A stretch of 64,000 nt of DNA from Antedon mediterranea (Eukaryota; Animalia; Echinodermata): assembly GCF_964355755.1 (NCBI RefSeq), contig NC_092676.1, positions 8,843,888 to 8,907,887 of the forward strand, written 5' to 3'. Made by a program: the position numbers and the translations under genes. Shown here one piece after another: positions 37,396-49,394 of the stretch. Within the stretch, counting starts at the first letter, position 1, and each line of letters begins with the position of its first letter. A model generated the notes under the pieces. The model was not told the DNA's origin and made no database searches. It worked only from the letters and a program-made list of their open reading frames with translations.

Positions 37396-40179
37396 TAGAC
37401 AAGTTCTATTTCCTCTGAAATATGGTGTAAGAAGCATTTTTGGGTAGAAGCTGGGATCCACTTGATTTAGGATATTTTGACCTCGCTGATTACGAATATG
37501 GCGGATCCCAAGCGAAATTCGGCCATCTAAGCCCTTAATTTGCATAATTAAAAATGGCGGCCATTTTTTATAATTACCCTATATCTCGAGAACCACTAGT
37601 CACAGATAATTAATTTTTGTCTCAAAATGTTTTAAATATATGTTTTTATATTCACTTTAATGACAAATTTTCTCAAAAAATGGATGCAAGTCTTATTTCT
37701 GACATTTTGACCTTTGACCTTGATTTATCGTATCTCAGTAACCAATAATCGGAGAGACACGAAATAGGGCTCAAATTTTTCAGAAACTATACATTCATAT
37801 TTATTATAATGAAATGTTTTTACAAAAAATGGCCGATTCTACAACTATTGACCTTTGAACTATTAGTCAAATATAATAATATAACTTTGAAAATTGTGGT
37901 CTTATGATTTTTTTTTCTTTTTAAATTGTTTAAAACATGTGTGTTTCTATCCAGTCTAATGGCACATTTTGTACAAGAATGGCCGATAGTATGGTTATTA
38001 ACCTTTAAACTATAGCATAAGCCTACTGTATACTAAATATAATATAATTGCATAACTATGAAATTATTTATACACAATAATAATTAGTAAAATTATAAAA
38101 TTCACTGCCATCAAATATTATGTGTTATGATTTATATAGATTTAAAAAAAATTTGAACACGCAAGTTACATTTGTTGAAATTTGAAATTACCTGCCATCA
38201 ATATGATGGAGTATGATTATAGATTTTTTTAAATGTGAACATGTCAGCTACATTTGGAAATTACCTGCCATCAATATGATGAATTATGATTATAGATTTA
38301 AAAAAGAATTTGAACACGTAATCTACATTTGAAAATTACCTGCCATCAATATGATGGATTATGATTATAGATTTAAAAAAGAATTTGAACACATCAGCTA
38401 CATTTGGAAATTTGGAAATTACCTGCCATCAATATGATGGATTATGATTGTATAGTAGGCCTACCTGCCATCAATATGATGGATTATGATTATAGATTTA
38501 AAAAAGAATTTGAACACGTACTAAGCTACATTTGAAAATTACCTACCATCAATATGATGGATTATGATTGTATAGATTTAAAAGAAAATGTGAACACGTA
38601 AGCTACATTTGGAATGAACATGTTAAGGGCATCAGTTTAAGATCATTCATGCAAAAAAAACAAAACCGGAGGCATTACCTCCAACAAGCGATGCAGTGCA
38701 CCAACATATAAAAAGAGCACACTTCCAAGCACTCGTATGGAAAAAAGCTGTATCGCCAATCCAGCATTTGCCATCACCAACAGATTTTGGGTGGGAGCTA
38801 TCTAATGGTAAACTTCAACCAGTGCTTCTGAAAAATGAAACTATTCCTACTGCTTCGTTAGAGATGATTTATTGTGGATGCAAGACACGATGCATAACCA
38901 ATAGATGTAGGTGCAAGAAGTCAAAACTACCATGTACAGCTTTATGCCGCTGTAACAACGCTAAAGATGACGGAAACCTTTGCATGAATGATCTTAAACT
39001 GATTCCCTTAACATGTTCATTCCAAATGTAGCTTACGTGTTCACATTTTCTTTTAAATCTATACAATCATAATTCATCATATTGATGGCAGGTAATTTTC
39101 AAATGTAGCTTAGTACGTGTTCAAATTCTTTTTTAAATCTATAATCATAATCCATCATATTGATGGCAGGTAGGCCTCTATACAATCATAATCCATCATA
39201 TTGATGGCAGGTAATTTCCAAATTTCCAAATGTAGCTGATGTGTTCAAATTCTTTTTTAAATCTATAATCATAATCCATCATATTGATGGCAGGTAATTT
39301 CCAAATGTAGCTGACATGTTCACATTTAAAAAAATCTATAATCATACTCCATCATATTGATGGCAGGTAATTTCAAATTTCAAATTTCAACAAATGTAAC
39401 TTGCGCGTTCAATTTTTTTTTAAATCTATATAAATCATAACACATAATATTTGATGGCAATGAATTTTATAATTTTACTAATTATTATTGTGTATAAATA
39501 ATTTCATAGTTATGCAATTATATTATTTAGTATACAGTAGGCCTATGCTATAGTTTAAAGGTCAATAACCATACTATCGGCCATTCTTGTACAAAATGTG
39601 CCATTAGACTGGATAGAAACACACATGTTTTAAACAATTTAAAAAGAAAAAAAAATTCATAAGACCACAATTTTCAAAGTTATATTATTATATTTGACTA
39701 ATAGTTCAAAGGTCAATAGTTGTAGAATCGGCCATTTTTTGTAAAAACATTTCATTATAATAAATATGAATGTATAGTTTCTGAACAATTTGAGCCCTAT
39801 TTCGTGTCTCTCCGATTATTGGTTACTGAGATACGATAAATTAAGGTCAAAGGTCAAAATGTCAGAAATAAGACTTGCATCCATTTTTTGAGAAAATGTG
39901 TCATTAAAGTGAATATAAAAACATATATTTAAAACATTTTGAGACCAAAATTAATTATCTGTGACTAGTGGTTCTCGAGATATAGGGTAATTATTAAAAA
40001 TGGCCGCCATTTTTAATTATGCAAATTAAGGGCTTAGATGGCCGAATTTCGCTTGGGATCCGCCATATTCGTAATCAGTGAGGTCGAAATATCCTAAATC
40101 AAGTGGATCCCAGCTTCTACCCAAAAATGCTTCTTGATTCGTTTTCTAGGCCGTTTTTTTGAGAAATGGAACCTGTCTA
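37396..40179 (+). mobile_element. Foldback Academ derivative (B) with about 1.2-kb inverted arms around an XPG C-terminal/Cys8 zinc-finger fragment
   Basis: Ends TAGACA.GTTC.ATTTC...GAAATGGAACCTGTCTA, TSD TTA; arms about 37430-38653 and 38979-40135; spacer encodes LPPTSDAVHQHIKRAHFQALVW...GW...CGCKTRCITNRCRCKKSKLPCTALCRC. Confidence 0.9.
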
Positions 40180-40702
40180 TTACGGTACTTTACATCCTAA
40201 AGACACTAAATCAGCTGGAATTTTGCTTTTAACAAAAAAATGACACGAAATTACATAGTGGCCTACACTATTTGTCAGACTATCTATGAGTCATGCAACT
40301 AGATAGTGAAATCAATTAGGATTTCCTTTAGCAAAAATACCAATTATATTTTACAGCAATAGAGTAATATACAAAGCTGGGACAACAAATGGTGTTTTAT
40401 AGTTTGCCGTGGTAATGCTTCTGCGTCTCATATCCACGACAATTGTACGTACTGAAAAATAGGTCTAACGTAATAGGTTTGGAAATAAATTAAAGATAAA
40501 GTTTCAAGCATCACACCAGCCGTCAATACGGTAAAGGTTCGATCGTGTGCGGCAGACACCTGTAAAGGATTTCTCTATGTGTTCAACTTTTTATTTGGGA
40601 TGAGTTCAATAATTTAGGCCTAGAGCATGCATAATTAAACATAGTAAAGAGAAGACATCCTATCACCTTCTCGTGAACCGAACGAGGGTGGTCATGCTAC
40701 AC

Positions 40703-41280
40703 AATCACCCCAAATCACAGAGGAAATGAACATTAAGAGGCAATGTTTTCAAAAACATGGCGAAGTACATACTTAATGAGAAATAGTACTCGGAGAGAAA
40801 ACAAAACATTGAAGATGAATCAGAGCGAACTGTATGTACTGCAGCAAATATCTTACGAGCAGAAATAAGAGAAAGTAAGTACAACACTGAATCATATCCC
40901 ATGAATGAAGACATCGGCAATATGGAACGAGGCAAAATGTGGATACCACGTTCATTTACAAACTTTTTTGAAATATTTGATTTCATCAGAACTGAAGCAG
41001 AACACAATCACTCACACGAAACCAACATACAATGTATGTTTTAGATGGAGGAGCTCTTACACAGAGTTAAATGGGCAAAAGGGGCAACATAAAAAGATAT
41101 AGCCATGCAGTATGTGAGTTATGTTCGTAAAAAAATTGGAGATTCATGCATTGTGTTTGATGGGTATGAAAAAAGACCATGAGCATCAAAGGCGTGTTGG
41201 AAGAACATCCGCCGTTATTCAACTGAATGAATTAATGCAAGCACATCGTAATCAGCACATATTTCTATCGAATGAGTTTC
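40703..41280 (+). mobile_element. Academ transposase/XPG-nuclease coding remnant
   Basis: TAANILRAEIRESKYNTESYP; YVLDGGALLHRVKW...IVFDGY..KDHEHQRR (PIN/XPG N-terminal motifs). Confidence 0.75.
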
Positions 41281-41537
41281 TGAGTTCTGGTACAAGTTTT
41301 GTTGCTCGTTGTTGGATTTCTCAAGTTTATTGATGTCTTGTTGTAGATATGGTGACTAGGCTTGAACTGCATACTCCATAATCGGACGCACAAGAGAAGT
41401 ATAAAGCGACATGAACATCTGTTTATCCATATATGTAAAGGATTTCCGTATTTGGCCTACAATTGAATTGGCTTTGGCTGCAACTTTAGAAACTTGTGTC
41501 GACACTTTAAAGTCAGACGTTACATAGACTCCGAGGT

Positions 41538-43417
41538 CAGGCCCGTAGCCAGGGTTTTTTTTTGGGTTTCGGGCGAACCCCCCCTTTTGCGCGAATCCCC
41601 CTTTTACCAGCGAACCCCCCCTTGAAAACAAAGGCCCCTCTTCCAAAATCGTGCAATTAATTATCAATTATATCAGATTTTTTAGTCATTTTACTTCTAT
41701 TGACTATGTTTAAATCGATCGAATATACAGATTGTCCGATGTCAAAGTCACTGCTGAGCGTGAGATCGAGAGATTGTTGAGAGATGATGGTTATAAATAT
41801 GACAGAAAAATGGACTGACCAATCGCGTGCTTCGACCGGGCTTTTCGGAACGCACAAGATCACGTTCAGTTCAGTTCAATCTTTTTGGGGATTTTTATTT
41901 TTTTCCTGGAAATATTTTTCATTAAACCAAAGAATTTCACTGTGTAAACTTTCACTGTGCTGAGTTAAATTGGTACGTGTACGTAGGCCTACCGTATATT
42001 TCGGTGTATAAGACGCACTTTTGACACGCAAATTTCACCTCTAAATGTTACCCTAATTAATTTAATTACCTACTAATATTTAAATTAATTAAAAATAGTG
42101 TACTACTCTGCAATGTAGGCCTAGCTAGTTACTCACTCCTTTATTGAATTTTTAGTTAAGGTAAATTGTCATCCTCGACTGTATTAATTAATATTACAGT
42201 ACGCATTAGATATTCTACCCATGCCTAGTAATACTCTCTGAACTCGCGGGTGTGTATTCTAGCAGCATGCAGCATCACAGCGCAACACATTTATGGAAGA
42301 GTCCATTAATTACGGTGGTGTCACATTTTAATTACACAATAACTATTTCCCTTGATCACGGTGGTTTATTTTTATTACATCTCTATGTCAACAATCACAT
42401 AATTTTATAATCATGTAGGCAATAGTTCGTATGTCAAGCGATATCTAAAAGAGTGTGTTGTTATTGTGTTAAGTAGCTTCCCCTAATCTCATAGTGTATA
42501 TGGCCAACAGTGCTGGCCACCACAGGCAAGGAGCACATGGTTAGTGCTCTCCTCTCCTCATATTGCTGTAATGCATGCATGGAAATAGGAAAGATTTTCA
42601 TATAGGCCTACCCAACATGATATTCCTGGTTCATTATCAGCCCAAAAAACTGAACATCATTTGGATTGATTTATAATGATCATACACACAATAAGAAGGT
42701 ATATATTTAAATAATATGAAATTAAAGTTACTTAAATAGACATAGGCTAGCCCTACCCACACAGTGCATCGTAAGTGAAACAATATGGGGATTTCCCTTT
42801 TCATTGAACATTCAGTTGAAGTAGAGACTGATTACGATGTAATAAAGGCAATCAAACAAAATTATATCATTTGATTCTAATAAATATGTCTCAAATATCG
42901 TTGTTTTATTCTTAAAATACCATTGTTTTGATTGTAAAATGTTTAAATTTCGGCCTAGAAATAAGTGCGTCTTATGCATCGACTACATAAAAAATACTAA
43001 TATTTCAGTCTCCGTTATGGGTGCATCTTATACACAGGTGCGACTTGTACACCGAAATATACGGGTACTATTTGTTTTTATGTTTATAGGATAAGAAATT
43101 ATTTAAGGGCCTAATATAATATACTTTTTTGCAACAATAAAGCTGTATTTCATGATCAGTACTACTAACTTCCATATATACTGTACTATATAATTTCTCT
43201 GCATAACTCAGATTTTAGTAGGTAAAAAATGTCTCTGTAAGCTTATTAAAACAACCGAAATTGCTCTGAGAGCCAAAGCTTCCAGGGGCCTTCGCCCCCC
43301 ACCTCGACCGGGGGCCCTTGGCGGCCCCCTGGCCCCCAGCCTACAGTTGCTCGCTGCGCTCGCAAAATACTTGGTGTCAAGAAAACCCCCCTCTGATGCA
43401 TTCTGGCTACGGGCCTG
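41538..43417. mobile_element. Non-autonomous hAT-like element with 5-bp TSD
   Basis: TIR CAGGCCCGTAGCCAG/CTGGCTACGGGCCTG; GAGGT duplicated within the LINE EKDLGV codons. Confidence 0.8.
41992..43065. mobile_element. pogo/Tigger-type MITE nested in the hAT-like element
   Basis: TA|CCGTATATTTCGGTGTATAAGACGCAC...GTGCGACTTGTACACCGAAATATACGG(G)|TA. Confidence 0.8.
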
Positions 43418-44809
43418 GAGGTCTTTCTCAGCAGAGGTTGTATCAAGAACTGTACCATCAATTGAATAAGTGTGTTTTGGATTTCTATTTCCAATGTGCA
43501 TTACTTTACATTTAGATTTACTAAACTCCAGTAGCCACTTCTTACTCCACTGCTCAAGTTTACTCAAATCATTCTGCAGGGCATCTCGGTCGTTAACTGA
43601 ATCAATCTTACGATAAATCTTAGCATCGTCTGCAAATAGTTTACCATCTGATTCAATATTATCAAGTAGATCGTTGATGTAGACTAAAAAAATAAAGCCG
43701 GACCAATAACTGTGCCTTGAGGCACGCCACTGAACACAGGTAACCAACTTGAAACCGAACCTTTGATTGAAACACATTGACGTCTATTTTCTAAAAATCC
43801 ACTTATCCAACTTAGAATATTACCTTGAATGCCATAAGCTTGCAATTTAATTTTCAGCCTAATGTGCGGAATGTACATAACAAACAATTAGAGACCAAAT
43901 TAAAGACTCTACAGTTAACGGTTTCCAAGATATACGATTATAATAAGAGTGGTTTTTTAAGTAAATTGACAAAATAAAAGTAAAACGCGTCTACAAAATT
44001 TTCCCAAGTTGGATTTTTGTCGATTTTGGATATGTTATTCTCCATAAAATTGCGCTTCCAACGATGTAAAAATTTGCTTTGTACCATTTGTTCCCGGTTC
44101 AACCCTTCAACTACCAGACTAATGCTTTTATTACCCCAATCTCAAGTTTCTAATCTATTAAGTATTTTATTGTAGGGCTGTTATGATCCGGGCTTACGGC
44201 AGATTTCATTTTTTGTTGTATAGTTTCTGGATCTGTCGTTGGAATTACCGTTATGCAGGTAAGAATTAAAATATTAAACATAAAAACTTACACATATTAC
44301 TTTTGTAATATAGGATTTATTTCGCAAAAATTCGCTATTGTTGTTATTTAATTCCACACATGTTAGACGTACAGTTTCATGTAATATCAATAAGCAGTAT
44401 GCAGTTTTTAGATGACTTTGCGACATTCAGTTACAATCTGTCTAAGTGAGAGATGCAGAAGTGTTCTTGACACTATAAATAGCTACGGTTGGGTTTGTCG
44501 CCAGCAGACAAGATACCGCATACTGTTTATTGTCACTATACACGATACCGCCAAACGAGAATTAATTTTGATGATTTTAATCCAATAAAAGTACAAGAAA
44601 TATTGGAATTATTACAAATATTAAAGACATTTAAAATAGTATCCGGTGATTTATTACACGTGTTTAGTACAGATAACTATATTATGCTCCTTTTATTTTT
44701 CAGGGTCGTCTTCAAAGGAAGTTCATCAACGAAAATTTTGTAAAAAGGTTAACATAAATCAAGGTTCTTTTTATAACAATAGGTTGTTTTTAACTAAGGT
44801 TTTCGTATT

Positions 44810-45795
44810 TGTTATGAACAAATAATGACTTTAAATACATCAAATGGAGTAATGACAGAACCTAAGACCTAACAGTAAGCAGGAGGAAAACTATTATGAA
44901 CGATTGTTAAGATTGGAGTTGGAACATAATTAATTTGTGGCAAAAGATGGAGTATTATTACTATAAGAGAACATCTGAATGTGTTTGAATATAATAAATT
45001 ACCATTCCTAACAGTAACACAGTATCATAGTGTCTACATGAATATTCTAGAATAAGAGTATGTTTAGATTTAAGAAACCATGTATAATTAATAAGAACAA
45101 TCAGAACATTCCAGAAGTGCTATTAATAGAAACTGTAATCGTGTAATAATAAGAAGTATAAAGAATGATCTAGAAGGATAGGAGCATCTTGTATATAAAG
45201 GGATGTTTATTTGTTTTTTTATTTATTTGACTTCTCACTAACTCAGTTAGTGAAGGATCTGAACGGACCAACAGGTGGTAAACACCTCTAAAACGGTCCA
45301 GTCCCAATTTGCACAGTGGCTGTGTTTGTGTGGACTAGTACACCGGGGTAACCCCCTACTCGTCTCGAAAGATGTACTAGGTTCTTTAAAGTGCGCATGA
45401 GCTATGTGTACACACTGGACCTACGGTTTATAGTCCTTATCCGAGAAGACTCGTTCTACCACCAGAACCATGGAGTGAGTGAGCCTCAAACCCTTGCCGA
45501 TGTTATGGCTACGTAATTACGGTTCTACTGTCTTAACCGCTCGGCCACTCACTCGTAAACTATTGTAAGGTTGTTGGATATTAGAGGTTGGATATTATAT
45601 TGTAAAAGTCATTGTGAAGCTGTTGTTTAAAGTGCTTACTGGATTTTTGAAAGTTGAAGTTGATTGAAATTAAAGCTTAATTGTTTTGAGTTATTTTACA
45701 ACTTTGCGGATTTTTTGTGTTTACTCTTATGTCACAAGGGAGTTCCTAAAGTATTTTCAACCGCTCAGAAACATACGTAAGAGAAGTTCGTGACA
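44810..45795 (+). mobile_element. Possible solo LTR interrupted by a SINE
   Basis: TGTTATGAAC...GTTCGTGACA terminal inverted ends, TATAAAG and ATTAAA inside; no TSD found. Confidence 0.4.
45205..45554 (-). mobile_element. Deu/Nin-core tRNA SINE (second subfamily)
   Basis: Head and core match 11230-11455; the 3' tail differs. Confidence 0.8.
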
Positions 45796-45814
45796 TTGAA
45801 TCATAGGTAGCCTT

Positions 45815-46381
45815 GTGCCAATATTGACATGTCAAATCACCTCCACTTCACACACACTTCAATGCAGCTTCATGATACCAATGCAAGACAGTACTTTTAA
45901 AAAATACACTGCAGGCTTTATCAGCGAAAATACTAAATACAAAAACATCGTAAAATCAAATTGTAAAAGCATTATGCAATTTGAAATTTTTGTACAAAAT
46001 TTGGGTTATGACTGGCATTTCTACACCTGCCCTGAAACTGCATTAATGAAATATCCTGACTTCCAAGGGCCCCAACATGAACAAATTCAAAAACACATTA
46101 ATTAATTTAATTTTTAGGAGACCAAAATCAATAGTTTATGGAAACGCTTTTCTCAATTAATAGCAGACTTGAAACATATTTCAGAGGAACACGAAATTAT
46201 AAAATTTGAAGCAGATTCAAAACTATGGTTAGAGGACTGGCGAAGAGCCTACCCATCTAAAGACATATATATGCACGTAATGTGTTCACATGTTGGTGAT
46301 GCTATCAGAAGACATGGGTCATTATCAACATTTTCCCAACAGGGTTATGAAAAGTTAAATGTTACTTTCACTAAAACTTAA
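45815..46381 (+). mobile_element. Degenerate RAG1/Transib/Chapaev-like DDE transposase C-terminal fragment
   Basis: PDFQGPQHEQI...LWKRFSQL...FEADSKLWLEDWRRAY...YMHVMCSHVGDAIRRHGSLSTFSQQGYEKLN parallels the RAG1 YxHxxxxH...GSIGAW.SEGNESGN motif; in-frame stops present. Confidence 0.6.
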
Positions 46382-46399
46382 ACGCTCAACGGGGCATTT

Positions 46400-46790
46400 A
46401 GTAGACCGCAGTATAATGGACAATTCCAAGACTTCGTTGAATGAACTTGGTATAAACTCCTTAAGTAGATAAACAGATCGATGGCAACGTATTAAAAATC
46501 ATTTTTTAAAAATTGCAAAAGTAATTCCTACTTTCAAAAAAGGGGACCATGATCAATTATCTAAGTATAGGTCTATATCGTTACTTGAACTGTATTTTGT
46601 AAAATCATTGAAAAAATAATGAATTCTAGACTTTATGATTATCTTACACAGTTTGATTTATTAAATGAACACCAGTATGGTTTTTGTAAGCTCCAGTCTA
46701 CTACACATGCTATTGTTGAACTTATTGATAATGCTACCAAATCTTTTGAAAATAAGCCTATGCTGATCATTGAGAATGTTGATAATTCAT
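46400..46790 (+). mobile_element. L2/CR1-group LINE RT fragment
   Basis: KIAKVIPTFKKGD...YRSISLL...KIIEKIMNSRL...HQYGF...STTHAIVEL. Confidence 0.85.
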
Positions 46791-47039
46791 TATGCACAAA
46801 ATGGTAAGTACGAAATATAAAGTTGGTAATAAGTAAAGTAAGAAGTTATTCTATTATTATACAAGCAGCCAATATTATTGGTCAAGTACCAAACAATAAC
46901 AATTTAGTTTAGAAACGTTATTTGTTGTTTAAAACATTGGCTTGTACTGTCATAAACAGTAGTAATATTCTTTACTGAACTTGACAAAACAAGACAGTAG
47001 GTACAGCTAAGTTTTTCAAATGTATTTAATGTTTGTAGG

Positions 47040-47441
47040 TAGTCAAGCTTTCACTTGTTGGTGGAAAGACAGTCAAATATACCACAAAAAATCTTGAAAA
47101 ACGAAACTCCAAATATTAAAAGATCTATAGTGTAATTTCATTATATGCGAGTACTGTGCAGTATTGCAATTTTGTTTCATGTCAAAATAATACTGTATAT
47201 CCAGCCGACCTATAAACTAAACACAGCCATCATGTTTATAGATTATATTTATTACATATCTAATTTCTTGTGTCTTTCAGGAGCAGTTCGCAGGAACTCT
47301 GCAACTAAAGACTCTTCAATGGAAGAAATATTTATTGCAAAAAAATCTTTTCTTTATAACGCCCGGGATAGAGATGGGGCTCGAGCGTCCAAAGCCACAC
47401 CGGATGAATCTATAGATTTGGATAGTGATGATTTCTTTTAA
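47040..47441 (+). pseudogene. Remnant exons of a DUF4806/BEN-like transposon accessory gene
   Basis: Acceptor at 47280 then GAVRRNSATKDSSMEEIFIAKKSFLYNARDRDGAR, resembling the family C-terminal AxDRxGGR motif (from recall). Confidence 0.4.
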
Positions 47442-47464
47442 CATTTCTTTTAATATTGATAAAT

Positions 47465-47975
47465 CGGTGATTACTACATACATATGCCAGATTTACGGTT
47501 TCAAGTCGTTAAATGACATAAATTAGGCAAGGTATCAGTCATTCATTAAGATGACAAAGGGTAAGAAGGGTGTTCAGGTGAAGAAAATAAACTGTTCATC
47601 GTTACCGCCATGCAGCAAAACACTTCATCAACATATTTTACGAGAAAACTATATATCTATTGTATGGAGGCGAGCAAACACCCCAGAACCAACAAAACAT
47701 CTGCATCCGCTGAATTTTGGATGGCTTGACGATAGCTTGACGATGAAGATGGTCATTATGTGCCTCGTTGGTTTGAAGGAACATCTCTGCCAGAAGAGCT
47801 GACAGAAGCAGAATGTGAATAAAAAAACGTAGTGAGTGATGAAGCAAAGGATGCAATCGTGAATGATTCCGATACAGATATTTCTAAAGATAGTGAAATA
47901 GAAGACATTGACTATGATAGCCAACCATGGAGTGGTGACAGTGAGAGTGAATATGAGGATGATGATGATCAGTGA
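47465..47975 (+). mobile_element. Academ protein C-terminal remnant
   Basis: INCSSLPPCSKTLHQHILRENYISIVW...P.NFGW...WFEG plus an acidic tail. Confidence 0.7.
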
Positions 47976-49394
47976 TAATTAAGACATACAGTGTTTTCGC
48001 TTAATCGGAATTATTTACACTGTATAGCTTTTGTTATTATTTTTACCTTTTAATAATTAAGTAATACAATCATATGGAAACTTATAATTAATATAACAGA
48101 AAGATTTCACATCTATGTAGGCCTAAAGTGAACATCAATATGTTTTTTAGTGAATAAGGAGAATTAATCAATTCAATAGAGAACGCCACTGATACTGACT
48201 ACTACTGAAAAACTTGTTTTATAAGGAATCAATGTTAGAATTGATTGTTAGTTAATACTTTTAGTATCATAGTTCTATATTTTTCAGTTGATATTACTAC
48301 ATTTAAAACTTACTGTTTGTTTTACACACAGTGCATAAATAGTAGATTGTGAAACCAAAGTTTACTATGGATATGATGCAAACATTAACTGGTTAAAGAA
48401 ACACATTATTTTTATATGATTTAAATATATAAATTTCAAATGATAACACTGACAACATATTTATAGTCATACCTTGTAACGGAGTTGTTGGTAGAAATAA
48501 CATGTGTTATTTACTGCATTAAGACTCAAACGTGTTATCACATTTATATGTTCATCATTATGAATTAATCAACACAATCGCATAAAACAGAAATAAATAA
48601 CGGAACGATTCCACATACAGTTTAAAACAAAACGTTGATGATCTAGTCATATACGATTGCCTTGACTTGAACTTGGAAATTATAAAGAATTCATTTTTTA
48701 TAAGAAATCATTTGATCAAGGTTATAATAATTATTATTGTTAGTTAATGCTTCGTGTTATATTTTGAGTTGATGTTACGAAATTTAGTTAGTTGAAACAG
48801 CTTACACACATTAAAAATAGATTGCGAAACCAAATTTAATAATACACTGTCAAACTATAATATTACATACCTGTAATTGAAATGTTATGTATTTGCATTG
48901 AATTTTTAAAAAGGTGTTAACTTGCGTTTATTTAAATCAAGATTGTATTTTAAAAGAAACGTCAGAATTATCAATACATCAATCATTTACCTAGCCTACT
49001 TTAACTTGAAAGTATAGTAAAAAGAATTCATTTTGAAATCAATTCATCTATGTTAAAAATATTAATTTGTTAGTTACGTTTTGAGTTGTTTTTAGTTGAT
49101 GTTACGAAAATTTAGATTTGAAATAACTTAAATTAGATTAAAACCAAACTTAATATAAGTAAACCGCATTCTTTGCATACCTGAAACATTGGTAGGAAAA
49201 TAGTTGTTAACATTTGATATAAAAATCAAGGTACTAAGTATTGTTTTGTACAACATTTTATTAAATTGGGTTTAAATCATAAATTTATTCTAATGTTTTA
49301 TTTGCTTTTTTTTGTTTTTTTTTTTTTGGTAGGGTTTGCGATCATAACAGTTTAAAGGCGTATGCTATTATCCGTGTAATAGCCGGAAAATGTC

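Larger units (their letters stand above)
33409..40270 (+). mobile_element. Academ DNA transposon (A), decayed, with nested Helitrons and Academ B
   Basis: Ends TAGTGTAGGC...GCCTACACTA, TSD TTT confirmed by the empty site in the duplicate copy; transposase remnants at 34170-34850 (PTDRPTLYTGL; ILNGKH) and 36290-36890 (SIDQG...IIGITQ). Confidence 0.85.
32783..40703. repeat. About 500-bp tandem duplication; copy 1 at 32783-33281, copy 2 split into 33283-33408 and 40271-40703 by an Academ insertion
   Basis: Near-identical sequence from ATTTCAGTAGTTAATGCAAC to TCATGCTACACA. Confidence 0.9.
41283..43860 (-). mobile_element. CR1-group LINE RT fragment split by a hAT-like MITE
   Basis: SGVPQGTVIGP..FLVYINDL...LFADDAKIY...KCKVMHIG...EKDL|GVYVTSD...LYTSLVRPIMEYAVQA. 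Confidence 0.9.
27792..44121 (+). mobile_element. Possible large outer Academ element (C) defined by about 250-bp imperfect TIRs and holding nested insertions
   Basis: TAGTCTG...CAGACTA ends; shared blocks ATGGTACAAAG.AAATTTTTACATC, TATCCAAAATCGAC, AGACGCGTTTT, GTATATCTTGG.AACCG; Academ coding remnants at 40703-41280; flanks ATA/ATG match only 2 of 3. Confidence 0.45.

Noticed and set aside
43208-43777. 189-aa ORF as a novel RT fusion protein
   Set aside because: Chance read-through from the LINE RT into the inserted hAT-like MITE
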